Source: Xanthomonas campestris pv. campestris str. ATCC 33913
GTDB lineage: Bacteria > Pseudomonadota > Gammaproteobacteria > Xanthomonadales > Xanthomonadaceae
Length of the DNA stretch: 32,000 bases
Reading direction: 5' to 3'
NCBI RefSeq assembly: GCF_000007145.1
Contig: NC_003902.1
Coordinates: 1,597,436-1,629,435, forward strand
Every line of letters starts with the position of its first letter. Within the stretch, counting starts at the first letter, position 1. Below are positions 18,863-26,950 of the stretch, piece by piece. The notes below the pieces were generated by a model. It ran no database searches. It saw only the letters and a program-made list of their open reading frames with translations, and was not told where the DNA came from. The position numbers were made by a program, and so were the translations under genes.

Positions 18863-19912
18863 TTACTCGTGGCGCACGCAGTAGCCGTAGCGCTGCGGCT
18901 CGATATCCACGCCGGCCACATCGGCCTGGTTGTTACGCCACACGTTGGGCTTGAAGTCGGCCGCGCTGCAGTTGGCCGCACGGTCCACGCCGATGGTGTA
19001 GGTAAACGGGTTGCTGGCGAAACGGTTGTTCTCGAACAGGTTGTCCTGGCTCATGCTGTTGTCCCAGCACATGATTTCCGGTGTGCGATAGCGGATGGCG
19101 CATGCCAGGAAGATGCCCGCCACCTTGTTGCCATCGAACTGATTGTTGGTGAAGCGGTTGCGCCGCGCATCCGACAGATAGATGCCCTGGCTGCCATTGC
19201 GCTCGAAGCGGTTGTCGCGAATCTCGCTGTCTTCCAGATGCTCGGTGGTGAGGCCGGCAGCCACGTTGTCGTGGATGTAGTTATTCATCATCGTCACCTT
19301 GGCGGTGCGATTGAACGACACGCCGTCCCAGATGGCACCGGAGACATCATTGCGTTCGATGGTGATCTCGCGCGTGTCGTATTCGCTGAGCAGGCACGCA
19401 CTGCGGCACTTGTTGACCTGCAGGCCGGCCAGGCGAATGCCTTGGCCCGAACGCACCACCACCGCGCTGTTGCTCAGGTACGGGCGCTCCGGCATGAATT
19501 CCTTGTCGCCGGTGCTGGCCACGATCTGCATGTCTTCAATGCTGACGTTGCGGATCACGCCGGTGGGCTGCTGGTTCTCGTAATCGCCAACCACCAGCAC
19601 CGGCTGTTGCACGCCATCGGCCATGCGCAGCACGGTGGCCGGGCCTTTACCGCGCACGGTGAGGTTGCCGCGGTGGATCGATACCAGCCCGTTGAGCGGG
19701 AACTCGCCTTTTTCCACGCACAGCACGGCAGGCGTATCGCTTTGCGGCAGCTTGTCGATGGCTTTTTGCAGGTCCTGGCCCGGACGCACCTTGGCGGTGC
19801 AGCTGGCGACAGGCGCCGCAGGTGGGCCGGCAGGCGCTGGCGGTGCAGCCGAGCAAGCGGTCGCAAAGACCAGGGGCAACAGGGCGGAAACGGAGCGGGC
19901 AAGCAGAGGCAT
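18863..19912 (-). CDS. Right-handed parallel beta-helix repeat protein, probable lipoprotein
   Basis: ORF 18863..20023 trimmed to the ATG at 19912. Signal MPLLARSVSALLPLVFATAC/S. Repeated turns of the type I.IERNDVSG / MMNNYIHDN / IRDNRFERNGSQGIYL / FTNNQFDGNKVAGIFL / FENNRFASN. Confidence 0.78.
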   Translation of the reverse strand: MPLLARSVSALLPLVFATACSAAPPAPAGPPAAPVASCTAKVRPGQDLQKAIDKLPQSDTPAVLCVEKGEFPLNGLVSIHRGNLTVRGKGPATVLRMADGVQQPVLVVGDYENQQPTGVIRNVSIEDMQIVASTGDKEFMPERPYLSNSAVVVRSGQGIRLAGLQVNKCRSACLLSEYDTREITIERNDVSGAIWDGVSFNRTAKVTMMNNYIHDNVAAGLTTEHLEDSEIRDNRFERNGSQGIYLSDARRNRFTNNQFDGNKVAGIFLACAIRYRTPEIMCWDNSMSQDNLFENNRFASNPFTYTIGVDRAANCSAADFKPNVWRNNQADVAGVDIEPQRYGYCVRHE

Positions 19913-20201
19913 GCGGATTCCGGTCAGTGAGGGGAGGGGGGCGATGGGTGCGATGCAGCGTCCAATCGCGACGGCCTCTAGTGTGTCGCACCAGGCGTTA
20001 AGTTCCAGCCGACATCGGCCCACATGGTCGGCGCAGGTTCATGGCGGTCAACGTGGCGGTGAGCCAACTGTGCGCGGTTGCGCACTCTGGTGCTGCACCG
20101 TTGGCGCTGTGATGCGGCAGGGGCGCGATTGATGATCAGGTAGCGCAGCGATGCGCGTACAGCGCCGTGCGATGCAGCGCATCTGCGATGTTGATCGTAG
20201 C

Positions 20202-20237
20202 GCGCTGCTGCGCGGCTCCGTGGCCGCGCAGCAGCGC
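20202..20237 (-). terminator. Strong GC hairpin just after the TonB-dependent receptor stop (no U-tract)
   Basis: Perfect 15-bp stem GCGCTGCTGCGCGGC (20202-20216) / GCCGCGCAGCAGCGC (20223-20237) with loop TCCGTG. Confidence 0.5.
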
Positions 20238-20249
20238 TGTGCAGCAGGC

Positions 20250-22391
20250 TCAGAAGCTGTAGGCCAGCTGCGCGTAGATGCGACGTGGCTCGCCGGGGAA
20301 GTGGCCGGTGCGTTCGGTGAAACCGCTGGCCGCATACACCTTGTCGAACAGGTTCTTGACGTTGACCTGCAGTTTCCACGCATCCCACTGGGTCTGCCAG
20401 CTGATGTCGAAGATGGCGTACGGTTTGACGCGTTGACCTTCCAGGCTCAGACGCTCGCCGACGTAATCGGCGCCGAACGCAACGGCCGAGTTCCACGCCG
20501 GTAGCTCATAGCGCGTCCACAGCCCGAAGGTATTGCGCGGTGCATTGGCAAAGCGATCGCCGGAGGCATTGGTGATGCCGTTGGTGCCGGCATCCAGCAC
20601 GCGCGCGTCGTTGTAGGCGTAGGTCAGGTTGAGCACCCAACGCTCGGTGAGGTCGGCCAGCAGATCCACTTCCAGGCCTTCGCTGCGGACCAGGCCCAGC
20701 GCCGAGAGCTGGTTGACGCCATCGACGATGCTGCCGTTGGCCTGCACGATGTTGCTGCGCTCGATGCGATACAGCGCGGTGTTGAGCGTGAGCCCGCCGT
20801 CGTTGAGCGCGGTCTTCAGGCCCACTTCCCACTGCGTGCTGCGCTCGGGATCGAACGGGCCACCGACGCTGCTGTCCTGGTTGGCCGCATCCTGCGGCAG
20901 GAAGCCGCTGGCGTAACTGGCATAGGCGTTGATGCCCTCGCGCAACACCACGGTGCTGCCGACGCGCCAGCTGAGGTCGTTGCCGGTGATGCGCGAGCCA
21001 TCCAGGCGGTTGTCGTCGTTGAAGCCATCCCAGCGCAGCCCGGCCATCGCGAACCAGCGCTCGGTGAGCGTGAGTTCGTCCTGCAGGTAGGCGCCATAGC
21101 GTTGGCTGCGGGTGCTGGTGGCGCGCCAGGGCAGCGTGTCCAGGCCGTAGTCGTAAAAGCCGCTGCGGCCGTAGACCGGATTGAACAGATCGATGCCGGG
21201 CACCGGCCCGCGCGTGCGCCCGGTGTCGGCGGTGTTGGCGGTTTGTGCGCGGAAATCCGCATCCAGGCGGTAGTAGTCCGCGCCCATCAGCAGCTTATGG
21301 CCGATCGCACCGGTGCTGGTGCGGAACACCGCGTTGACGTTGCTGGAAAGCGCGTCGTTGTCGCGGTACTGGTTACGCAACTGGCGGGTCATCCACTCGG
21401 CGATGCCGTTGCCATCGCGGTCGATCAGGCCCATGGGCTCGTGGTAGATCTGGTGCTCGTCGTTCTTGAACCAACGCAGCGCCATGTCCACGTCCCACGC
21501 ACTGGAGGGGGCGAATTTGTACTGCGCGAAGGCGACCTTGGCGCGCATGTCCAGGAAGTCGGTGGACTCGTTGTGATTCCAGCGCCGGTTGGTCAGGAAG
21601 TTGCCGTCATCGTCCACCGGCACGCCGCGCAGGCGGTTGCCGCCCAGGTTCTGGGTGATGTCGGTGTATTGCAACGTGAGCTCGCCGGTCTCGCCGATAT
21701 CGAATGCCACCGACGCATCGCCGATCTGGCTTTCGCTGTCGGTGTTCCAGCGGAACCCGTCCTCGCCGTCGGCATAGGCGCCGATGCGGTAACGGATGCG
21801 GCCATCCTCGCGCGCCGGGCCGGTGGCTTCGAACGATGCCGCGCCAAACGATTGGTTGCCCAGTTGCAGCTCCACCCGCCGCAACGCCTGATGGCTGGGT
21901 TTACGCGTCACGTAGTTGATGACACCGCCCGGCTCACCGCCGCCATATAGCGCGCCGGCAGGGCCCTTGAGCACTTCCACGCGTTCGATATTGAACAGCT
22001 GCGGCACCGAAAACCCGGCGTACGGGTCGCCACGCAGCCCGTCATACAGCACGTTTTCCTGGCGGAAGCCACGCAAGGTGACGCCGGCATAGCTGAAGAA
22101 ACTGATGCCGCTGATGCTGCGATACAGATCGGTGATCTGCCGTGCCGCCTGGTCGTCGATCAATTCGCGCGGCAGCACCTGCACCGACTGCGGCACCAGC
22201 GCCAGCGGCGTATCGGTGCGCGTGGCGACTGCTGCGTCTTCGGACTTGTAGAGCGTCTGCGCACGGCCCACAACATTGACGCCATCGAGTTCGGTGACGG
22301 CAGGCGAGGTGCTGGTCTGCTGAGCGAAAGCGGATGGCGCGGGGAGGGCGAGCGCAACGGCGAGCGCGGTGACAAGAAGCGTGGGGCGCAT
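20250..22391 (-). CDS. TonB-dependent outer-membrane receptor (siderophore-receptor-like size and plug)
   Basis: 713 aa. Signal MRPTLLVTALAVALALPAPSAFA/QQ. Plug motifs LDGVNVVG, TDTPLALVPQSVQVL, IERVEVLKGPAGALYG. Ends in a C-terminal beta-barrel with ...YAQLAYSF. Confidence 0.92.
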   Translation of the reverse strand: MRPTLLVTALAVALALPAPSAFAQQTSTSPAVTELDGVNVVGRAQTLYKSEDAAVATRTDTPLALVPQSVQVLPRELIDDQAARQITDLYRSISGISFFSYAGVTLRGFRQENVLYDGLRGDPYAGFSVPQLFNIERVEVLKGPAGALYGGGEPGGVINYVTRKPSHQALRRVELQLGNQSFGAASFEATGPAREDGRIRYRIGAYADGEDGFRWNTDSESQIGDASVAFDIGETGELTLQYTDITQNLGGNRLRGVPVDDDGNFLTNRRWNHNESTDFLDMRAKVAFAQYKFAPSSAWDVDMALRWFKNDEHQIYHEPMGLIDRDGNGIAEWMTRQLRNQYRDNDALSSNVNAVFRTSTGAIGHKLLMGADYYRLDADFRAQTANTADTGRTRGPVPGIDLFNPVYGRSGFYDYGLDTLPWRATSTRSQRYGAYLQDELTLTERWFAMAGLRWDGFNDDNRLDGSRITGNDLSWRVGSTVVLREGINAYASYASGFLPQDAANQDSSVGGPFDPERSTQWEVGLKTALNDGGLTLNTALYRIERSNIVQANGSIVDGVNQLSALGLVRSEGLEVDLLADLTERWVLNLTYAYNDARVLDAGTNGITNASGDRFANAPRNTFGLWTRYELPAWNSAVAFGADYVGERLSLEGQRVKPYAIFDISWQTQWDAWKLQVNVKNLFDKVYAASGFTERTGHFPGEPRRIYAQLAYSF

Positions 22392-22468
22392 TGGTTACTA
22401 ATGGGAATGGTTATCAAATGCATCTTAGCATGCGATACGTGCGTCGTTGAACGGATGGCCAGCCTTGC

Positions 22469-22528
22469 GGATGCATGGATGCATGCGCGTGCAAATGTGC
22501 AGAAATGCAGAAATGCAGAAATGCAGAG
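22469..22528. repeat. Short tandem octamer repeats: (GGATGCAT)x2 and (TGCAGAAA)x3.9
   Basis: GGATGCATGGATGCAT at 22469-22484. TGCAGAAATGCAGAAATGCAGAAATGCAGAG at 22498-22528. Confidence 0.9.
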
Positions 22529-22583
22529 CATCCCTTCTCCCACCGGGAGAAGGTGCCCGGAGGGCGGATGAGGGTACGGGCGA
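22528..22583 (+). repeat. REP-like palindromic intergenic element, copy 1
   Basis: GCATCCCTTCTCCCACCGGGAGAAGGTGCCCGGAGGGCGGATGAGGGTACGGGCG. 9-bp hairpin CCTTCTCCC/GGGAGAAGG at 22533-22553. Confidence 0.65.
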
Positions 22584-22665
22584 AGCCTCGTGTTCGTCCG
22601 CGCCTAGCGCTGTTGGACTCGAATGGATGGAGCCGGAGCCGTGCCGCGCGCAATCCAGCATTGCT

Positions 22666-22725
22666 CGATACCCGTACCCTCACCCCAACCCCTCTCCCGG
22701 CGGGAGAGGGGCTTCTCAGGCATCC
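22666..22725 (-). repeat. REP-like palindromic intergenic element, copy 2 (partly inverted relative to copy 1)
   Basis: CCCGTACCCTCA (22671-22682) is the reverse complement of TGAGGGTACGGG in copy 1 (22569-22580). 10-bp hairpin CCCCTCTCCC/GGGAGAGGGG at 22689-22711. Confidence 0.6.
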
Positions 22726-22735
22726 CGCGCTCGCT

Positions 22736-22793
22736 GTCCTTCTTCCATCGGGAGAAGGCGCCCGAAGGGCGAATTCTTCAATGCCTGTACCCG
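22736..22793 (+). repeat. REP-like palindromic intergenic element, copy 3
   Basis: GTCCTTCTTCCATCGGGAGAAGGCGCCCGAAGGGCGAAT... is collinear with copy 1. Hairpin at 22738-22758. Confidence 0.6.
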
Positions 22794-22817
22794 ACAGAGC
22801 AGACAACGCCGGCGTGC

Positions 22818-25229
22818 CTACTCCGGGCGCAATTCCAGCGTATAGCGCGTAGCAGTCGGCAAAAACGGGGTGGGCCGGCCATGCACCCAATCGTCATGCC
22901 CGGCGCCCCAGAACGGCGACAGCGGATGCCCGCTCTGGCCGCCCGGCATGTGCACGATGCCGTCGCGCTCGTGGCCGGGCGAGACCACCATGCGTTCGGA
23001 GGCGCCGAAGGCGGGGCCTTGCACGCGTGGCATGTCGCGATCGCCCGGGAGTTGGTCGGGCGGCATGCACAGCCAGTGCTTGGCGAGGGCGGGCAAGGCG
23101 CGCGCAATCGGATGACAGATGGCGGCGGTATTGCGTGCGCCCCAGGTGCGTTCGGCAGGCTGCTCGCCTTGCGCGGCCAGATCCATCTGCGCATCGCGTG
23201 CGGCATCGGCTAGCAGTTGCTCCCAGCTTGTCACGTTCGGTGGCAACAGATTGGCGGGGCGTTGCTGCAGCATCGGCCATACAATGCCTTCCAACTGTGC
23301 GCGACGCGGCGGCAGGAAGTCCTCGCCCAGCGCAGCTTTGGCCGGCGCCAGCAGTCCGGCTTGCACGGCATCGATGGTCATGCTGCGAAAACCGCGCACG
23401 ATGCGATAGCTCGCCGAGCCGGTGGAGGCGTGCCCGTCCCACTGCCGCGTGGCGATCTCGATCTGCTGCAGCGCAGGGTCATTGCTGTGTTCGACCACGC
23501 TACGCAACAACTGCCACCACCGCGTGAGCAGCACGGCGCGATCGTCGAGCTGGATGGCGAGCAGATCGCGTTCGTTGAAGCGCTGTCTGGCGAACAGATC
23601 GTCGCGGATCTGCTGCGCGCGTGCGCCCAGGTCGTAGCCGGCATTGCCCAGCGTTGCCAGCTGCTGTGCATCGACGATGCGGCTATTGGCGGTCCAGAGT
23701 CGATGCGATGGGGGATCGATCAGGGCCGGCGCCTCGTCGCTGCGCACGGGCCATGGCAGACAGCCGGTCGGCGCCGGTTCTGATGCCGCCGCTCCGGCAG
23801 CCGCAGGCAACGCCTGGTTCGACGCCTGCGGCGACGTTGCAAGTTCGGCAATGCCACTGGGGCTGCACCCGGCATTGCGCAGCGGGCGCGCGCCGATCAA
23901 CCGCCAGGCGATGCGCCCGCTGCGATCGGCCAGCAGCAGATTCTGCGCAGGAATGCCCGAGCGATCCGCCACCGCAAATGCCGCCTGCAGATCGGCCGCG
24001 CTGCTCATCTGCGCGAAATCCAGCCGGATCGCGCCGGGCAGCTGCGCGGCCCAGCGCAGTGCGAGCAAGCTGCCGTCGGCATTCTCGTGCAGTATCGGCC
24101 CCCAGGCCGTCTCGCGGACAGGAAAACTGACCGGCGCGGCGCCGGCCACGCGAATGGTTTCGACATGCGTGGTGAGCGCTTGCGGATGTCCCGGTGTGGC
24201 GGGCGGAATCTGCGCAAAGTCGGCCGTGTCGATATAGCTGTTGGTGAACGCCCAGGCCACATGCCCGTTGCTGCCGACGACTATTGCCGGCAGGCCGGGC
24301 AGGGTGAAGCCGGTGGCGTCCACCTTGCCGTCGGGCGCGCGTGCATCCGGATAGCGCAAGCGCGCGCGGAACCAGATATTGGGTGCGCGCAGGCCCAGGT
24401 GCATGTCGTCGGCGACGATGGCGCGGCCATCGGCGGTGAGGCTGCCATCCACGGCAAAGTTGTTGCTGCCGGGCGTGGGGGCCTCGGCGCCGGGCGCGGT
24501 GGACGGGTGCGGGAGGCGGCGCAGGTCGACGGCGTCAGCATCCGGCAACACCGCATCGCCGAGCGCCGGGCCGAACAGCGGTGCATCCCAGCTGGAGCCC
24601 TGATGATCGAGCAGGGCGGCCAGTGCCGGCGGTACCACCGCGCGGATGCGCGCAGCGGCCAGTTCGGTCTGGTTGTCGTTGTCCTGCAGGTCGGCGTACA
24701 TCGCCATGCCGGTCAGGATGCAATCGTCCAGGGTCCAGGCGCGCGGGGTCTGCCGCAGCAACAGATACGGCCATGGCCGCACGCGCAAGGCCGCCAGCCC
24801 AGCGTTTACGCCCTCGGTATAGGCCTGCAGTGCCGCACGTTCGCTGCCGGCGGCCACATCCAGGCTGGCGTGCACACGGGCGCGCAGGCGGTGCACGCGG
24901 TTGCGTTTGTCCAGATCCAGCGCAGCAGGGCCGAACAGTTCGGACAGTTCGCCAGCTGGCGCGCGGCGCATCAGGTCCATTTCGAAATAGCGCTCCTGCG
25001 CATGCACGTACCCCAGCGCACGCAGCGCATCGCGTTGGCTGGTGGCGTCGATGGTGACCACGCCGCCGGCATCGCGGAGCACGCTGACCGGCGCGCCCAG
25101 GCCACGTAGCGCAGTCTCGCCGTCCAGCCGTGGCAGGCTGCCACGCACCGCCAGGTAGAGCCCCAGCGTGACCAGCAGGGTGAGCACCACCAGGGCCAGC
25201 AACAGCCGGCGCAGCCATTTGCGCATCAT
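22818..25229 (-). CDS. Penicillin-acylase-family Ntn hydrolase (PvdQ/QuiP/PGA-like), membrane-anchored or secreted
   Basis: ORF 22818..25304 trimmed to ATG 25229 or 25226 (AAGGAA upstream). N-terminal hydrophobic helix LLLALVVLTLLVTLGLYLAV. ALGYVHAQERYFEMDL is the alpha-subunit block. PGSNNFAVDG carries the predicted autoprocessing Ser nucleophile of the beta subunit. Confidence 0.88.
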   Translation of the reverse strand: MMRKWLRRLLLALVVLTLLVTLGLYLAVRGSLPRLDGETALRGLGAPVSVLRDAGGVVTIDATSQRDALRALGYVHAQERYFEMDLMRRAPAGELSELFGPAALDLDKRNRVHRLRARVHASLDVAAGSERAALQAYTEGVNAGLAALRVRPWPYLLLRQTPRAWTLDDCILTGMAMYADLQDNDNQTELAAARIRAVVPPALAALLDHQGSSWDAPLFGPALGDAVLPDADAVDLRRLPHPSTAPGAEAPTPGSNNFAVDGSLTADGRAIVADDMHLGLRAPNIWFRARLRYPDARAPDGKVDATGFTLPGLPAIVVGSNGHVAWAFTNSYIDTADFAQIPPATPGHPQALTTHVETIRVAGAAPVSFPVRETAWGPILHENADGSLLALRWAAQLPGAIRLDFAQMSSAADLQAAFAVADRSGIPAQNLLLADRSGRIAWRLIGARPLRNAGCSPSGIAELATSPQASNQALPAAAGAAASEPAPTGCLPWPVRSDEAPALIDPPSHRLWTANSRIVDAQQLATLGNAGYDLGARAQQIRDDLFARQRFNERDLLAIQLDDRAVLLTRWWQLLRSVVEHSNDPALQQIEIATRQWDGHASTGSASYRIVRGFRSMTIDAVQAGLLAPAKAALGEDFLPPRRAQLEGIVWPMLQQRPANLLPPNVTSWEQLLADAARDAQMDLAAQGEQPAERTWGARNTAAICHPIARALPALAKHWLCMPPDQLPGDRDMPRVQGPAFGASERMVVSPGHERDGIVHMPGGQSGHPLSPFWGAGHDDWVHGRPTPFLPTATRYTLELRPE

Positions 25230-25379
25230 CGATTCCTTGAGCGATTCATCTGTGACCAGTGTCGCGCCGGTGCGTGACCGTTGCCGGTCCGCCTGCAAGC
25301 GCAACTGAAAGTGATTCCGATTAGATCATTGCCCGCCCGCTTCGGGCACCATGCGCGCATTGCGTTGCTGGAGCACACC

Positions 25380-25865
25380 ATGAAAGGCCATCCCGAAGTC
25401 GTCGATTACCTCAAGCAGCTGCTGCGCGGCGAGCTGGCGGCACGCGACCAGTATTTCCTGCATTCGCGTCGCTACGAGGATCAGGGCCTGATGGCGCTGT
25501 ACGAGCGCATCAACCACGAGATGCAAGAGGAAACCGAGCATGCCGACGCCCTGCTGCGGCGCATCCTGTTCCTGGAAGGCGACCCGGACATGCGCCCGGC
25601 CGAATTTTCGCCCGGCAAGACCGTGGTGGAGATGCTCGAGCGCGACCTCGTTGTCGAATACGAAGTACGTGCTGCGCTCGCCGCTGGCATGAAGCTGTGC
25701 GAAGACCACGGCGATTACGTCAGCCGCGACATGCTGCTCAAGCAGTTGCAGGACACTGAAGAAGATCATGCATGGTGGCTGGAGCAGCAGCTTGGCCTGA
25801 TCAAGCGCATTGGTCTGGAGCTGTACCAGACCTCGAAGATCGACAAGGGCCACGTGGCCGGCTGA
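25380..25865 (+). CDS. bfr: Bacterioferritin-family ferritin (Thr at the Met52 haem-ligand position)
   Basis: ORF 25281..25865 trimmed to the ATG at 25380 (GGAG upstream). [31 protein letters not shown]... aligns ungapped with E. coli Bfr over residues 1-60. Ferroxidase ligands E18, E51 and H54 are present. Codon 52 (25533-25535) is ACC (Thr). Confidence 0.9.
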   Translation: MKGHPEVVDYLKQLLRGELAARDQYFLHSRRYEDQGLMALYERINHEMQEETEHADALLRRILFLEGDPDMRPAEFSPGKTVVEMLERDLVVEYEVRAALAAGMKLCEDHGDYVSRDMLLKQLQDTEEDHAWWLEQQLGLIKRIGLELYQTSKIDKGHVAG

Positions 25866-25938
25866 AGCCGGGCGACTCAACGCTGCGCCGCCGCCATGCT
25901 GGCGCAGCGTGTGCCTGGAATCGACAGGTTGCACGGAT

Positions 25939-25967
25939 GTACTGCGGTTTTTTGTACTGCGGTTTTT
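25939..25967. repeat. Tandem direct repeat GTACTGCGGTTTTT(T) x2
   Basis: GTACTGCGGTTTTTT at 25939-25953 and GTACTGCGGTTTTT at 25954-25967. Confidence 0.9.
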
Positions 25968-26029
25968 GCGCGTGGTCTGCATCGCCCGCCGGCTGTTCGT
26001 TGCGGCTGGTTGCCTGACGCGTTACGCAG

Positions 26030-26068
26030 TTTTGTAAAACCACCGCACGGCGAAATGCCGCGTGGTTT
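26030..26068 (-). terminator. Candidate terminator of tpm
   Basis: Imperfect hairpin AAACCAC-CGCA-CGGC-GAAAT-GCCG-C-GTGGTTT at 26037-26068. On the minus strand it is followed by TTTTACAAAA. Lies about 80 nt past the tpm stop. Confidence 0.45.
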
Positions 26069-26145
26069 GATCGACTAGCGGCGCACCACTCGCGCGAAAC
26101 AGGTCGCCGCCTGCTGGAGCGGCGTGCAATGTTCACTCGCGGTAG

Positions 26146-26802
26146 TCAATCGCGTTGCAAGCGATACACGCCGGTCGACAATGCAGTGACGCCATCGGCA
26201 CGGAAGCGCGGCTCCTGATCGAGAATGTCGCGATGCTCCAGTTCCTGCACTTTCCACTGCGTGCCGAACAATGCGTGTACCTCGGCAGCATCCACCGAGA
26301 AGGGCGGCCCGGCTTTTTCGGCTTGCGGATAGTCCAGCGTGATCAGCAGACCGCGACACCCTGCAGGCAGACGTGCATAAACGGTTTCCAGATAGCGCTG
26401 GCGCAACGCCGCAGGCAAGGCGACCAGTGCGGCGCGGTCGTAGACGGCGGTGCAGTCGCCCAGCACGCTCGCATCCAGCGTAAAGGCGTCGCCGCAGATG
26501 ATTTCGATCGGGCCGGCGATACAGTGCTCGCCTGCGCGGCTGGTGTGTCGCTGCGGTTGCAGGCCTGCGTCATCGAAGAATTGCGTGACGGCCAATGGCG
26601 ATATCTCCACACCGAGCACGCGGTGGCCTTGCGCGGCCAGCCAATGCAGATCCAGCGTCTTGCCGCACAACGGCACCAGTACACGGGCATGCGCTGGCAA
26701 TTGCAGTGCCGGCCAATGCTTTTGCAGCAGCGGCATCACCTCGTCCTGATGGAAGCCGGTCTGACCGTCCTGCCAACGTTGCAACCAGAAATCTGTATCC
26801 AT
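26146..26802 (-). CDS. tpm: Thiopurine S-methyltransferase
   Basis: ORF 26146..26934 trimmed to the ATG at 26802. [30 protein letters not shown]...[33 protein letters not shown]...[10 protein letters not shown] is the bacterial Tpm family signature. Confidence 0.9.
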   Translation of the reverse strand: MDTDFWLQRWQDGQTGFHQDEVMPLLQKHWPALQLPAHARVLVPLCGKTLDLHWLAAQGHRVLGVEISPLAVTQFFDDAGLQPQRHTSRAGEHCIAGPIEIICGDAFTLDASVLGDCTAVYDRAALVALPAALRQRYLETVYARLPAGCRGLLITLDYPQAEKAGPPFSVDAAEVHALFGTQWKVQELEHRDILDQEPRFRADGVTALSTGVYRLQRD

Positions 26803-26950
26803 GATGTTGTCTTGTTGCCTTGCATTGACGAGTGAGGTGATGTCGGGGATGGCAGTGACATTGCAGATCGAGAAGGAGCCGATCAAACAGCAACGCATCG
26901 GACAGCCGCGACGTGCACTGCTTGCACCATGCACACCGACCCTCTCGACT

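Noticed and set aside
22498-22528. Possible CRISPR-like or regularly spaced repeat.
   Set aside because: The units are only 8 bp, directly abutting with no spacers. No cas genes are present. This is a microsatellite, not a CRISPR array.
22414-22890. Several 78-158 aa ORFs on both strands in the acylase-TBDR spacer.
   Set aside because: They are translations of the REP-like palindromes and octamer repeats (PSPGGRG.. motifs), which are typical spurious calls.
25251-25350. CRP/Clp-like half-palindrome TGTGA-N6-TCGCG (25251-25266) and a Fur-like stretch GATTCCGATTAGATCATT (about 25323-25340) in the acylase-bfr divergent region.
   Set aside because: Only about 60% of consensus positions match and the register needs a 1-nt shift. 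That is not distinguishable from background by eye. It needs a PWM score before being claimed.
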